NCBI GenBank assembly: GCA_964543385.1
Contig: CAZIYE010000001.1
Location: forward strand, 29,557-93,556
Direction of reading: 5' to 3'
DNA from: an uncultured Candidatus Saccharibacteria bacterium
GTDB lineage: Bacteria; Patescibacteriota; UBA1384; XYA2-FULL-43-10; 1-14-0-10-43-13
DNA: 64,000 nucleotides
Position 1 is the stretch's first letter; each line of letters begins with the position of its first letter. A program made the translations under genes and the position numbers. Positions 1 through 9,210 of the stretch are shown piece after piece. The notes under the pieces are model-generated. The model saw only the letters and a program-made list of their open reading frames with translations, was not told the DNA's origin and did not search any database.

Positions 1-495
1 GTTGCGGAGATAAAAAAGAGATATGATGCGGGGATTCCTCAACCAGATGAAGTAGTAGTTGATTTATTCGATAAATTTTTAACCGAAGCAACCACTAGTG
101 TTATATTAGACAATTTTCCCTTTAGTCTTGGACAGGCCGAATTTTTACAAAGCTATATTCAGAGAAACCATGATAAATGGGGTGGTCTTGTGATAGTTTA
201 TATTAATCTGGACCCCAAAGCAGCTATTAAGAGAGCAATCTCCCGGAAGATTTGTACAAGTTGTGGTATGATTTATGGCCCTATAGAGGATATGGTTTGT
301 GAGAAATGTGGGGGTGCATTGGTTGTTCGTTCTGATGACAATGAAGAGACAATGAGAGTAAGGATTAGCCATTATCTACCACGACTGAATGAACTTGTCC
401 AATATTATAGTGGTGGTAGTGCAGCAAAACTAGTGGAGATAGACGGATCAAAGACAATATCAGAAGTAACAGCCATAATCGACAAAAAAATATGA
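1..495 (+). CDS. adk: adenylate kinase, 5'-truncated at window edge; C-terminal Zn-ribbon LID
   Basis: Frame-1 translation from base 1 (VAEIKKRYDAGIPQPDEVVVDLF...NFPFSLGQAEFLQ) runs continuously into ORF 190..495, which carries the CTSCG...CEKCGG LID motif. It sits upstream of map/infA as in the spc/alpha operon. Confidence 0.8.
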   Translation, partial: VAEIKKRYDAGIPQPDEVVVDLFDKFLTEATTSVILDNFPFSLGQAEFLQSYIQRNHDKWGGLVIVYINLDPKAAIKRAISRKICTSCGMIYGPIEDMVCEKCGGALVVRSDDNEETMRVRISHYLPRLNELVQYYSGGSAAKLVEIDGSKTISEVTAIIDKKI

Positions 496-1268
496 ATGAA
501 AATGTCCTGAATAAAGAGCAAATTGTAATTATTAAAGAATGCGGTAAATACTTGTGCGAAGCAATGCACATAGTTTCACAAAACGTTAGGCCAGGGATCT
601 CAACAAAGCAGTTAGATACAATTGCAAAAGAGGAGCTAGAAAAAAGAGGCTGTAGACCGTCGTTTCTAAATTATTATGTGGGAAGTGCTGGTCATTATCC
701 CGCCTCTCTTTGTGTTTCCATTAATGATGAAATAGTTCACGGGTTGCCAACCCATCATCGCTTGATTAAAGAAGGGGATATTGTGTCGCTGGACCTAGGA
801 GCGGAACTTTCTGGTGTCTGTACAGATATGGCTGTCACAATTGTTGCCAAAGGAGAAGGCGATGTTCCAAAGGAAATTGATCACTTAGTCTCAGTGACAC
901 GCGATTCATTGTATGAAGGGATTAAGGCAGTAAAAGTTGGTAATACAATAGGTGATATTGGTTTTGCGGTTGAAAGCTTAGTCCTAGCGAATGGTCTGGA
1001 TGTTATAAAAGATTACGTTGGGCATGGTATAGGAACCAAGCCTCATATGTGGCCGCAGATTCCAAACTATGGTAAAAAGGGTAGCGGACCAAAGATTGTA
1101 GAGGGGATGGCGTTAGCAATTGAACCAATGGTTACGTCTGGGGACATAACCACTGTCGTTCATCCAAATAACTGGACTGTGAAAACTGCCAGCGGACTTA
1201 ATTCTGCTCATTTCGAACACACAGTTATTATTGAAAATGGACAGCCGAAGATAGTTACCAAGTGTTAG
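492..1268 (+). CDS. map: type I methionine aminopeptidase
   Basis: 258-aa ORF with conserved metal-ligand context (HGLPT, DIVSLDLG, VGHGIG, EPM), following adk. Confidence 0.9.
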   Translation: MNENVLNKEQIVIIKECGKYLCEAMHIVSQNVRPGISTKQLDTIAKEELEKRGCRPSFLNYYVGSAGHYPASLCVSINDEIVHGLPTHHRLIKEGDIVSLDLGAELSGVCTDMAVTIVAKGEGDVPKEIDHLVSVTRDSLYEGIKAVKVGNTIGDIGFAVESLVLANGLDVIKDYVGHGIGTKPHMWPQIPNYGKKGSGPKIVEGMALAIEPMVTSGDITTVVHPNNWTVKTASGLNSAHFEHTVIIENGQPKIVTKC

Positions 1269-1330
1269 TCTCTGAGATGTCTTAGAGTGTTGACTTAACG
1301 TTTAATTTATGTTAAATTTATCCAAGTAGT

Positions 1331-1576
1331 ATGTCAAAAAACGATGTAATTGAAGTTAATGGTAAGGTTATTGAGGTTTTGCCGGATTCTAAATATCGAG
1401 TAGAATTAGAGAATGGTCACCAGGTTCTTGGGTACCTCTCCGGTAGAATGAAACAAAACCGAATTCAAGTCACAACTGGTGACTCAGTCCTTGTGGAACT
1501 CACTCCATATGACCTGTCACGAGGGCGAGTAATTCGTCGCTTGAATCAAAACCAACCACCAAGACCAAAGGTTTAA
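1331..1576 (+). CDS. infA: translation initiation factor IF-1
   Basis: 81 aa with an S1-like fold signature (GKVIEVLPDSKYRVELENGHQVLGYLSGRMK). Confidence 0.9.
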   Translation: MSKNDVIEVNGKVIEVLPDSKYRVELENGHQVLGYLSGRMKQNRIQVTTGDSVLVELTPYDLSRGRVIRRLNQNQPPRPKV

Positions 1577-1620
1577 AAAACTTTATTAAGGGTAGATTTT
1601 ATTTTTGTTGAAAAATATAT

Positions 1621-1767
1621 ATGAAAGTACAAGCATCAGTTAAAAAAATCTGCGATAAATGCAAGGTTGTCATAAGAAGTAAAAAAGGCAAGTCTTCTCG
1701 AACAAGTTCAAAGAGAAGGGTATTTGTTTTGTGCGAGAATCCTAAACATAAACAGAGACAAGGATAA
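1621..1767 (+). CDS. rpmJ: 50S ribosomal protein L36 with ~10-aa internal insertion (48 aa)
   Basis: Manual translation gives [48 protein letters not shown]. This matches the L36 start and the C-terminal [11 protein letters not shown]. It lies between infA and rpsM as expected and is absent from the ORF track only because it is under 60 aa. Confidence 0.8.
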   Translation: MKVQASVKKICDKCKVVIRSKKGKSSRTSSKRRVFVLCENPKHKQRQG

Positions 1768-1770
1768 ATA

Positions 1771-2154
1771 ATGGCTAGAATAGCAGGAATAAATCTTCCT
1801 AATGAAAAAAGAATAGAAATTGCACTGACTTATCTTTTCGGTATTGGATTACCTCTAAGTCAAAGCATTCTAGGTGAGCTGAAGATTAGCCCTGATATTA
1901 GAGTTAAAGATGTAACTGACGAAGATCTTGAAAAGATCAGACAATATATTTCTAAAAGATATCGAGTTGAAGGTGATCTTAGATCTGAAATCTCACAAAA
2001 TATAAAGAGATTGAAAGACGTAGGTAGCTACAGAGGATTGAGACACAGTAAGAATTTGCCTGTCCACGGTCAAAGAACAAAGACTAATGCCAGAACAAAA
2101 AGAGGCAAAAAGGTCACCGTAGGATCAGGACGAAGAACAATTGAGAAGACATAA
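1771..2154 (+). CDS. rpsM: 30S ribosomal protein S13
   Basis: [10 protein letters not shown]...[24 protein letters not shown] is canonical S13. Confidence 0.95.
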   Translation: MARIAGINLPNEKRIEIALTYLFGIGLPLSQSILGELKISPDIRVKDVTDEDLEKIRQYISKRYRVEGDLRSEISQNIKRLKDVGSYRGLRHSKNLPVHGQRTKTNARTKRGKKVTVGSGRRTIEKT

Positions 2155-2187
2155 TATATTAAGTTTTTAAATTGAGTTTATACACAA

Positions 2188-2592
2188 ATGGCAAAAGAGT
2201 CAGCTAAAGCAGCAAAAAAAATTGTAAAAAAGAAATCAAAGAGCCCAGTCTATTCTGGTAATATTTATATTCAATCAACTTTCAATAACACTCTAGTTAC
2301 AATAACTGATGATAAAGGTGGAGCAATTGCGTCATCGTCATCTGGAGCTCTTGGATTTAAGGGAGCCAAAAAATCAACACCTTATGCTGCACAGCTTGCA
2401 GTTTCTGCTGCCGCTGAAAAAGCTAAGGCTAGAGGATTGAGTAAAGCTAATATTTACGTTTCCGGTGTCGGCCCAGGTAGGGACTCTGCAGTTAGAGCAC
2501 TTATGGGCGCAAATATTGAAGCTGCTTTTATAAAAGATGTAACTCCAGTTGCGCACAATGGTTGCAGACCTAAAAAATCTAGAAGAGTATAA
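2188..2592 (+). CDS. rpsK: 30S ribosomal protein S11
   Basis: 134 aa with an ...[31 protein letters not shown] core. Confidence 0.95.
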   Translation: MAKESAKAAKKIVKKKSKSPVYSGNIYIQSTFNNTLVTITDDKGGAIASSSSGALGFKGAKKSTPYAAQLAVSAAAEKAKARGLSKANIYVSGVGPGRDSAVRALMGANIEAAFIKDVTPVAHNGCRPKKSRRV

Positions 2593-2612
2593 TAACGTTC
2601 AAAGGTAAATAA

Positions 2613-3206
2613 ATGCTAAAAGCTTGTAAAAAATGTAGAAGAGAGAGCATGAAACTTTCACTCAAAGGTGAGAAGTGTTTGTCAGCAAAATGCCCAGTAA
2701 CCAAGAGGCCATATGCCCCCGGCGATCATGGTCAAAATTTTCGAAGCAAACTTAGTGAATACGGTAAGCAGCTTCGCGAAAAACAGAAGGCTCGCAAGAT
2801 ATATGGTATCGGCGAAGTACAATTTCGAAGTTATGTTGCCCTTGCTGAAAAATTAACTGGTAATAAAACAGAAAATATTATGCGTCTCCTTGAGACAAGA
2901 CTGGATAATGTTGTCTATCGTCTAGGTTTTGCAAATTCCAGATCAGAAGCAAGACAGATGGTTTCTCACGGCGCCTTCAACGTTAATAGCAAAAAAGTCA
3001 CAATTCCTTCTTACAGAGTTAAGGCTGCTGATGTTATTTCTCCAAAGAGAGCTGAAAGGTTCAAAGAGTTATCACTTAGTTCATCTCAGCTTTGGCTTGA
3101 TTCTGATTCCAAGAAGCTAACCGGCACTATCAAACACTTGCCATCAAGAGAAGAAATCGATACTCCGGTCAACGAAAACTTGATTATTGAATTTTACTCA
3201 CGATAA
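2613..3206 (+). CDS. rpsD: 30S ribosomal protein S4
   Basis: 197 aa with an N-terminal Zn-ribbon-like CKKCRRE...C...C and an S4 RNA-binding domain (RLDNVVYRLGFANSRSEARQMVSHGAFNVN). Confidence 0.9.
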   Translation: MLKACKKCRRESMKLSLKGEKCLSAKCPVTKRPYAPGDHGQNFRSKLSEYGKQLREKQKARKIYGIGEVQFRSYVALAEKLTGNKTENIMRLLETRLDNVVYRLGFANSRSEARQMVSHGAFNVNSKKVTIPSYRVKAADVISPKRAERFKELSLSSSQLWLDSDSKKLTGTIKHLPSREEIDTPVNENLIIEFYSR

Positions 3207-3222
3207 TACTAAGGAGAATATA

Positions 3223-4152
3223 ATGGAAAAGATAAATTTACCAAAAATCAGTGAGGAAAAAGTAAGTGAATTTCATTCAAAATTCACAGTCGAACCTTTG
3301 TATCCAGGGTATGGCTCTACAATAGGCAACGCTCTCAGGAGAGTTCTTTTGTCTTCTATTACCGGCGCTGCCGCAACATCATTTAAGGTTGATGGCGTTA
3401 CTCATGAGTTTACTTCAATTGCGCATGCAAAAGAAGATGTCGTTGAGTTGATGATGAATCTCAAAAACATCCACTTCAAATCATTTAGTGACGAACCAGT
3501 TACACTTGAACTGTCTAAAAAAGGTCCTTCGGAGGTAACAGCAAAGGATTTTAAAGCAAATAGCAGTGTTGAGATTATAAATCCTGACACCCATATTATC
3601 ACTTTGGACAAAAATGCTGATTTCTATCTTGAAGTGACTATTGAGAAAGATAGAGGATTTAGACCTGTTAATATTGGCATTGGTGAAAGAAGTGAAATTG
3701 GCAGAATCGGTATTGACGCCTTCTTTTCTCCAGTAGAGAGAGTTTCTATGCAAATTGGAAACACTCGTGTTGGGCAAATGACAAACTATGATAAATTAGA
3801 GCTTGAGATAGTGACAAACGGAACTATCACTCCAGATGAGGCCGTTAAGGAAGCATCGAAAGTTCTAGTCGATCATTATCAAGCAATTATTTTGGGAGAG
3901 ATTGAAATAGAAGAAGTTGCCCAACATGATAGTAACGTAGTTGAAACTGTTGAGACCGAAAATGACGGAGATAACCTTGACAGCAAAACAAAAGTTGAAG
4001 ATTTGAAACTATCACCTAGAACAACAAACGCTCTTATTAATGCCGGGATCAAAACTTTCGGCGGGCTAAAGAGACTATCATCTCTAAAAGTTGAAGAAAT
4101 AAAGGGTCTTGGCAAAAAAGGTGTAGACGAGATTAATGCAATTTTAGGATAA
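3223..4152 (+). CDS. rpoA: DNA-directed RNA polymerase subunit alpha
   Basis: The ORF track starts at 3187, but AAGGAG at 3211-3216 precedes the ATG at 3223 (MEKINLPKI...). It has alpha NTD motifs (GYGSTIGNALRRVLLSS) and the CTD (SPRTTNALINAGIKTFGGL). Confidence 0.9.
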   Translation: MEKINLPKISEEKVSEFHSKFTVEPLYPGYGSTIGNALRRVLLSSITGAAATSFKVDGVTHEFTSIAHAKEDVVELMMNLKNIHFKSFSDEPVTLELSKKGPSEVTAKDFKANSSVEIINPDTHIITLDKNADFYLEVTIEKDRGFRPVNIGIGERSEIGRIGIDAFFSPVERVSMQIGNTRVGQMTNYDKLELEIVTNGTITPDEAVKEASKVLVDHYQAIILGEIEIEEVAQHDSNVVETVETENDGDNLDSKTKVEDLKLSPRTTNALINAGIKTFGGLKRLSSLKVEEIKGLGKKGVDEINAILG

Positions 4153-4153
4153 A

Positions 4154-4603
4154 ATGAACAGGATTCAAAGCAACAAATCAAATAAAGGCCATATATTACG
4201 GAATTTAGCTACTTCCCTTATTCTTTTTGAACAGCTCGAAACCACAGAGACAAAGGCCAAGGCAGTTAAATCTTATGTCGATAAAATCCTTGCAGGAGCC
4301 AAAACATCTGATTTTAATTCAATTCGAACTTTGAATAAAGTTTTCTTTGATAAAAATGCCGTTAAAAAAGTAGTAGAAGAGCTTGTTCCTCGGTATAAAT
4401 CGCGCAACAGTGGCTTCATAAGAAGCTTTCACCTAAAGAATAGATTAGGAGATAATGCTGCAATGATGAGGCTTGAGCTTATCGATAAGAAAGTTTTTGT
4501 TGATAAAGAACCATCTAAGTTAGAGGATAATAAGAAGGTTGTTTCTAAAAGCGATATTAAAGAAGAAAATACTAAGGCTAAGGTAACTAAAAATGCAAAA
4601 TAA
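4154..4603 (+). CDS. rplQ: 50S ribosomal protein L17 with Lys-rich C-terminal extension
   Basis: N-terminus KGHILRNLATSLILFEQLETTETKAKAVKSYVDKIL is L17-like. At 149 aa it is longer than the typical ~120 aa. Confidence 0.9.
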   Translation: MNRIQSNKSNKGHILRNLATSLILFEQLETTETKAKAVKSYVDKILAGAKTSDFNSIRTLNKVFFDKNAVKKVVEELVPRYKSRNSGFIRSFHLKNRLGDNAAMMRLELIDKKVFVDKEPSKLEDNKKVVSKSDIKEENTKAKVTKNAK

Positions 4604-5003
4604 AAGCACAGAAAAAGATTGGTATATATTTGATGCAAAAGGTAAAGTTCTAGGTCGACTTGCGACAGAAATTGCTACCTTGTTAAGAGGCAAGAATAAG
4701 CCTGGTTTTTTGCCAAATATTGATAATGGCGACCATGTTGTTGTATTAAATGCCAAAGAAGTTGCACTTACTGGCAAAAAAGAAGAGCAAAAGAGATACT
4801 ACAAACACACTGGTTATTTGGGAAATTTAAAAACCTACACAGTACCAGAACTAAGAGAAGATCACCCAGAAGAGATAATCAACCATGCTGTAAGAGGTAT
4901 GCTACCAAAGAATAAGCTTTCTGATTTGTTTATGGGTCGCTTAAATGTTTATGCTGGCGATACTCATCCTCACCAAAATGTTAAGTTTAAGAACCAAGGA
5001 TAA
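4593..5003 (+). CDS. rplM: 50S ribosomal protein L13
   Basis: DWYIFDAKGKVLGRLATEIATLLRGKNKP is canonical L13. Confidence 0.9.
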   Translation: MQNKSTEKDWYIFDAKGKVLGRLATEIATLLRGKNKPGFLPNIDNGDHVVVLNAKEVALTGKKEEQKRYYKHTGYLGNLKTYTVPELREDHPEEIINHAVRGMLPKNKLSDLFMGRLNVYAGDTHPHQNVKFKNQG

Positions 5004-5005
5004 AA

Positions 5006-5392
5006 ATGACTGCAAAAGAAACACAAGAAACATATTGGGCAGGAGTTGGCAGACGTAAAACAGCAGTCGCCTCTGTCAGAATATTCGAAAAAGACAAAAA
5101 CATTACTGTAAATGGGAACAAGACAGAGTTACCAGAATCAATCATGTCGCTATTTGAGTTGGTTGGTAAAAAAGGTAGCTTCGGATTATCCATAAAGGCT
5201 TTAGGTGGCGGAAAAGAAGGTCAGCTTGAAGCAATAAGACTTGGGATTGCTAGAGCACTAGAAAAGTTCAATTCTGATTATCGTTCAGTATTGAAAAAGG
5301 CTGGCTATCTCACAAGAGATCCAAGAGAAAAAGAAAGAAAGAAGCCAGGTCTGAAAGGCGCTCGTAGAGCACCTCAGTGGGCAAAACGTTAA
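5006..5392 (+). CDS. rpsI: 30S ribosomal protein S9
   Basis: Ends ...KKPGLKGARRAPQWAKR, the S9 C-terminus. It follows rplM as in the rplM-rpsI operon. Confidence 0.9.
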   Translation: MTAKETQETYWAGVGRRKTAVASVRIFEKDKNITVNGNKTELPESIMSLFELVGKKGSFGLSIKALGGGKEGQLEAIRLGIARALEKFNSDYRSVLKKAGYLTRDPREKERKKPGLKGARRAPQWAKR

Positions 5393-5410
5393 ATTTTATT
5401 CTCTCATATT

Positions 5411-5444
5411 ACAAAAGTACCCCTATTTACCGGGGTACTTTTGT
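5411..5444 (+). terminator. stem-loop terminator after rplM-rpsI
   Basis: Perfect inverted repeat acaaaagtacccc / ggggtacttttgt with an 8-nt loop, immediately 3' of rpsI. Confidence 0.6.
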
Positions 5445-5489
5445 AATATTGAGTTGGCAAATTAGTCATTTTCTGATAAGGTAAAGCAA

Positions 5490-5825
5490 ATGGTAACATC
5501 GAGAATGCAAAAATTTGATGAATTGGTCAAAAGAGAACTTTCTAAGGAAATGCAAACGCTATTTCCAGATAGTTTTATTTCGATAACTCAAGTTCACGTT
5601 TCAAAAGACCTGTCGTTTGCCAAAATTTGGCTTACTACACCTACGAAAGATATAGATATAATGGTAAAGCAAGTACAAGCCAAAACATCAGATATTCGCA
5701 GAAAACTCTCTCAGAAAATTATTGCAAGAAAAGTACCAAATCTTTATTTTGTTTCTGATAAAACAGAAGAGCATGCTCAAAAAATAGAAAACCTTCTCTC
5801 GGAAATTAAACATAACGATAAATGA
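5490..5825 (+). CDS. rbfA: ribosome-binding factor A
   Basis: 111 aa with an RbfA-like KH fold signature (MQKFDELVKRELSKEMQ...SITQVHVSKDLSFAKIW). Confidence 0.85.
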   Translation: MVTSRMQKFDELVKRELSKEMQTLFPDSFISITQVHVSKDLSFAKIWLTTPTKDIDIMVKQVQAKTSDIRRKLSQKIIARKVPNLYFVSDKTEEHAQKIENLLSEIKHNDK

Positions 5826-6205
5826 CATCGATAGTAAGAAATTTATTCTTTCTTTTTTCCATTACATTATTTGGAATTACTTCCACTGTTTTGGCGCTGT
5901 TTAATTATAATCCATTCACATCCAATGTGACCGTTTTCATAAATTTTTATGCTTCATTCTTTGTAGCTATTGCTGGCATCATTGCAATAATAATCCTTTA
6001 CATAAAATCCAGACGTTCGCCTAATTCAAACAACAATACATTTTTTTGGCCTTCCGTAAGACAAGCCTGTCTAATATCACTTATATTTACAACGCTATTA
6101 GTTTTAAAAGGTTTAAAAATACTGGACCTATTGATCGGGGTATCTATAGTTATAGTAGTATTTTTGTCAGAGCTGTTTTTTCAAACTAAAAGGCAATTTA
6201 AGTAA
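5822..6205 (+). CDS. hypothetical small membrane protein (3-4 TM)
   Basis: 127 aa and strongly hydrophobic. It has an ATGA overlap with the rbfA stop. No recognisable family. Confidence 0.5.
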   Translation: MTSIVRNLFFLFSITLFGITSTVLALFNYNPFTSNVTVFINFYASFFVAIAGIIAIIILYIKSRRSPNSNNNTFFWPSVRQACLISLIFTTLLVLKGLKILDLLIGVSIVIVVFLSELFFQTKRQFK

Positions 6206-6222
6206 TCAACAAGAGTAAAATT

Positions 6223-6903
6223 ATGAATAAGGGAAATTTACATCCACTAACGCAGCTACTAAATAAAGCCGTTTCAATATTTGAAGAGCTTGGATTCGAT
6301 GTTTATGAGGGCCCAGAAGTTGAATCTGAGTGGTATAATTTTGATGCACTGAATGTTCCAAAGGATCACCCGGCCAGAGATATGCAAGATACATTTTGGA
6401 TTTCAAATAAAAAGTTACTGCGAACACAGACTTCAAATGGTCAAATTAGATACGGGGAGTCACACAAACCGCCAATTAAAGTTATTTCACCGGGCCAAGT
6501 TTATAGAAATGAAGCAACCGATTTCAAGCATGAAACCAGTATTTATCAACTAGAAGGTCTTTATATTGATAAGGGCGTAAATGTAGGACATCTTTTTGGG
6601 ACATTAAAGCATTTCTTCGAGAAAATGTATGGCGAAGACACCGAGGTAAGATTCCGCCCAAGTTTCTTTCCATTTGTTGAGCCAGGATTTGAAGTGGAAG
6701 CAAAATACAAAGGCAAGTGGATAGAGCTTCTTGGCGCGGGCATGGTTCACCCAAATGTAATAAAAAATATGAAACTCGACCCTGAAAAATACACTGGTTT
6801 TGCATTTGGCATGGGCATAGATCGCTTGGTAATGCTAAAATACGGAATCGAAGATATTCGCAACTTACGTTCAGGCGATTTACGTTTTCTAAAACAGTTT
6901 TAA
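6223..6903 (+). CDS. pheS: phenylalanine-tRNA ligase alpha subunit, catalytic core only (226 aa)
   Basis: Class II motifs are present ([56 protein letters not shown]). An in-frame stop at 6206 precludes an N-terminal extension. Confidence 0.9.
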   Translation: MNKGNLHPLTQLLNKAVSIFEELGFDVYEGPEVESEWYNFDALNVPKDHPARDMQDTFWISNKKLLRTQTSNGQIRYGESHKPPIKVISPGQVYRNEATDFKHETSIYQLEGLYIDKGVNVGHLFGTLKHFFEKMYGEDTEVRFRPSFFPFVEPGFEVEAKYKGKWIELLGAGMVHPNVIKNMKLDPEKYTGFAFGMGIDRLVMLKYGIEDIRNLRSGDLRFLKQF

Positions 6904-6931
6904 TCAGACAAACACACAAGAAAGACAAACC

Positions 6932-9202
6932 ATGAAAATAATAAGAAGTTGGCTAGAAGAGTATCTGCCAAGTATGAAAAATAAAAGTAATGAAGAAATT
7001 GCTGAAATCTTCCATCTTGCAGGGATAGAGGTTGAAGGCATAGAGGCAGGTCTTCATGAGAACGTTGTCGTAGCAAAAATTATAAAAATTGATAAGCATC
7101 CCGACGCAGATCGCTTAAATCTAGCCGAGGTGACTGATGGAGTCAGCAATTACAAAATTGTTTGTGGGGCGCCGAACATCAAGACAAACCAGGTTGTTCC
7201 TCTCGCAAAAATTGGGGCAATATTGCCTGGAGGTTTTGAGATTAAGAAAGCCAAGATAAGAGGAGTTGAATCAGACGGTATGCTTTGTGCTGCTGATGAG
7301 ATCGGAATTGGAAGTGACCACTCTGGTATTATCGAGCTATCCGATGAATATCAGCTAGGAAAACCTCTCAGAGATTACATTTCTAAAGAAACTATATTTG
7401 ATATCTCAATTACACCAAATAGAGGAGACTGGCTCTCTCATTTTGGTGTTGCTCGGGAATTAGGAGCCTTCACAAATATCATCGTTAAAAAAAGCCCAAT
7501 AAGTCTCCATCAATCTGCAAATGACGTTAAAGAGTTGTTAAATTTGGAGGTTGAAAATACCAAGAAATGCCCTCAATATTACGCGCGTGTCATTAAGGGG
7601 ATTAAAATTGCCAAATCGCCAAAATGGCTTAGAGATAAGCTCGAAGCATCTGGAGTTAGATCAATAAATAATGTTGTTGATGTCACCAACCTTATACTCC
7701 TAGATTTTGGCCATCCACTTCATGCTTTCGATTATCAAAAAATTGCAGGCAAAACGATCGTTGTTAGGTCGGCTTTGGATAATGAAAAAATAGAGACTCT
7801 TGACGGCGTAACCCGCGAATTAGACAAAAATGATTTAGTGATTGCCGATAAGGACAAAGCAATCGCAATTGCCGGTGTAATGGGGGGTCTTAATTCAGAA
7901 GTAACAAACAAAACAACCAATGTAGTTTTAGAAGCTGCTGTCTTTGATCCAGCTTCAATAAGAAAAACCTCCAAGAGACTAAAACTGCAATCAGAAGCAA
8001 ATTACCGATTTGAAAGAGGCATCGATGAAGGTGGCACTGAGTATGTCATTAACAAGGCCGCAAATCTGATTATGGAAGTTGCGGGAGGAATAATATCAAA
8101 AGGAATATTGAAATCAGGTCAGACACCACAGCAGAAACAAGTTAAAATAGATTATTCAAAAATCAACAATCTTCTGGGGGTCAGTCTCCAATCAGACGAG
8201 ATTAATCATTATTTAAAGTTGTTAGGGTTTGAGATAAAAGACAACACAGCGATAGTACCACTTTGGCGTAACGACGTATCAATTATTCAAGATCTTGCTG
8301 AAGAAGTGGGTAGACTGCATGGCTACGATAATATCGTACCTGTTAAGCCAGCGAAAGAAACTCCCCCTAAAAAATCCATATATTATTCAAAACAATATTT
8401 AAAAGAAATTATTGCCCAAAATGGCTTTAGTGAGACAATTAGTTATCCTTATTTATCCCAAAAAGATATTGATTTATTGAATATAAAAAGCAAAGATTTA
8501 TTAGAGGTAGTAAATCCATTGCAAGACGAATACAAATATCTTCGCACTTCGCTAATACCTGGCCTTATCAAGGCGATTGCCAAGAATCCCGCCTTTGATC
8601 CAACTCTGTTATTCGAAATTTCGCATGTATATACAAAGGATGTCGAACAAACGAATCTTGCTATCGTATCGTCTGGTAAAAACGCAAAGAAAATTCTTGA
8701 AGATACTCTAAATAGCTTAGAAAAAAACCTTGGAAAGTCTATCTCTAAAGAAGTAGATGAATTTCCAAGAGAACAACTAGTTAAATTCAAAGTAAAAAAA
8801 CCAGCAATTTATACGTTTGAGATAGACACTGACGAACTGCTGAAAAAATCAGTCGTTGATGACAGTAAACTAAAGCTTAAAATTTCGAATAAAGAGGTGA
8901 CGTACAGACCAATTTCCAGATTTCCGATGATTACTAGAGACCTAGCCTTCATAGTTGATAAAAGCGTTGATGCGCAGGAACTATCTAAAGACATCTATAA
9001 AATTTCAGATTTGATAAATAGAGTAGAACTATTTGATGAATTTGCCTCTGATAAATTTGGCCTAGGCAAAAAGAATATTGCTTATCATATCTACCTGCAA
9101 CACATAGAAAGAACATTGGTAGATAGTGAAGCAGATAAAGTTGTCAAAGATATTACAGACAAAATTGAAAAAGAATATAAAGCAACATTAAGAGGTAAGT
9201 AA
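6932..9202 (+). CDS. pheT: phenylalanine-tRNA ligase beta subunit
   Basis: 756 aa with N-terminal tRNA-binding (EMAP-like) domain, B3/4 and B5 regions and a C-terminal FDX-ACB-like region. It sits immediately after pheS. Confidence 0.9.
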   Translation: MKIIRSWLEEYLPSMKNKSNEEIAEIFHLAGIEVEGIEAGLHENVVVAKIIKIDKHPDADRLNLAEVTDGVSNYKIVCGAPNIKTNQVVPLAKIGAILPGGFEIKKAKIRGVESDGMLCAADEIGIGSDHSGIIELSDEYQLGKPLRDYISKETIFDISITPNRGDWLSHFGVARELGAFTNIIVKKSPISLHQSANDVKELLNLEVENTKKCPQYYARVIKGIKIAKSPKWLRDKLEASGVRSINNVVDVTNLILLDFGHPLHAFDYQKIAGKTIVVRSALDNEKIETLDGVTRELDKNDLVIADKDKAIAIAGVMGGLNSEVTNKTTNVVLEAAVFDPASIRKTSKRLKLQSEANYRFERGIDEGGTEYVINKAANLIMEVAGGIISKGILKSGQTPQQKQVKIDYSKINNLLGVSLQSDEINHYLKLLGFEIKDNTAIVPLWRNDVSIIQDLAEEVGRLHGYDNIVPVKPAKETPPKKSIYYSKQYLKEIIAQNGFSETISYPYLSQKDIDLLNIKSKDLLEVVNPLQDEYKYLRTSLIPGLIKAIAKNPAFDPTLLFEISHVYTKDVEQTNLAIVSSGKNAKKILEDTLNSLEKNLGKSISKEVDEFPREQLVKFKVKKPAIYTFEIDTDELLKKSVVDDSKLKLKISNKEVTYRPISRFPMITRDLAFIVDKSVDAQELSKDIYKISDLINRVELFDEFASDKFGLGKKNIAYHIYLQHIERTLVDSEADKVVKDITDKIEKEYKATLRGK

Positions 9203-9210
9203 GGATATAT

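Noticed and set aside
2374-4777. Multiple 60-100-aa minus-strand ORFs inside rpsK, rpsD, rpoA and rplQ (e.g. 2374..2556, 3402..3611, 3481..3777, 3879..4181, 4429..4638, 4520..4777)
   Set aside because: They are fully antisense to highly conserved ribosomal and RNA polymerase genes. They are low-complexity, with no Shine-Dalgarno sequence, and are typical AT-rich antisense artefacts.
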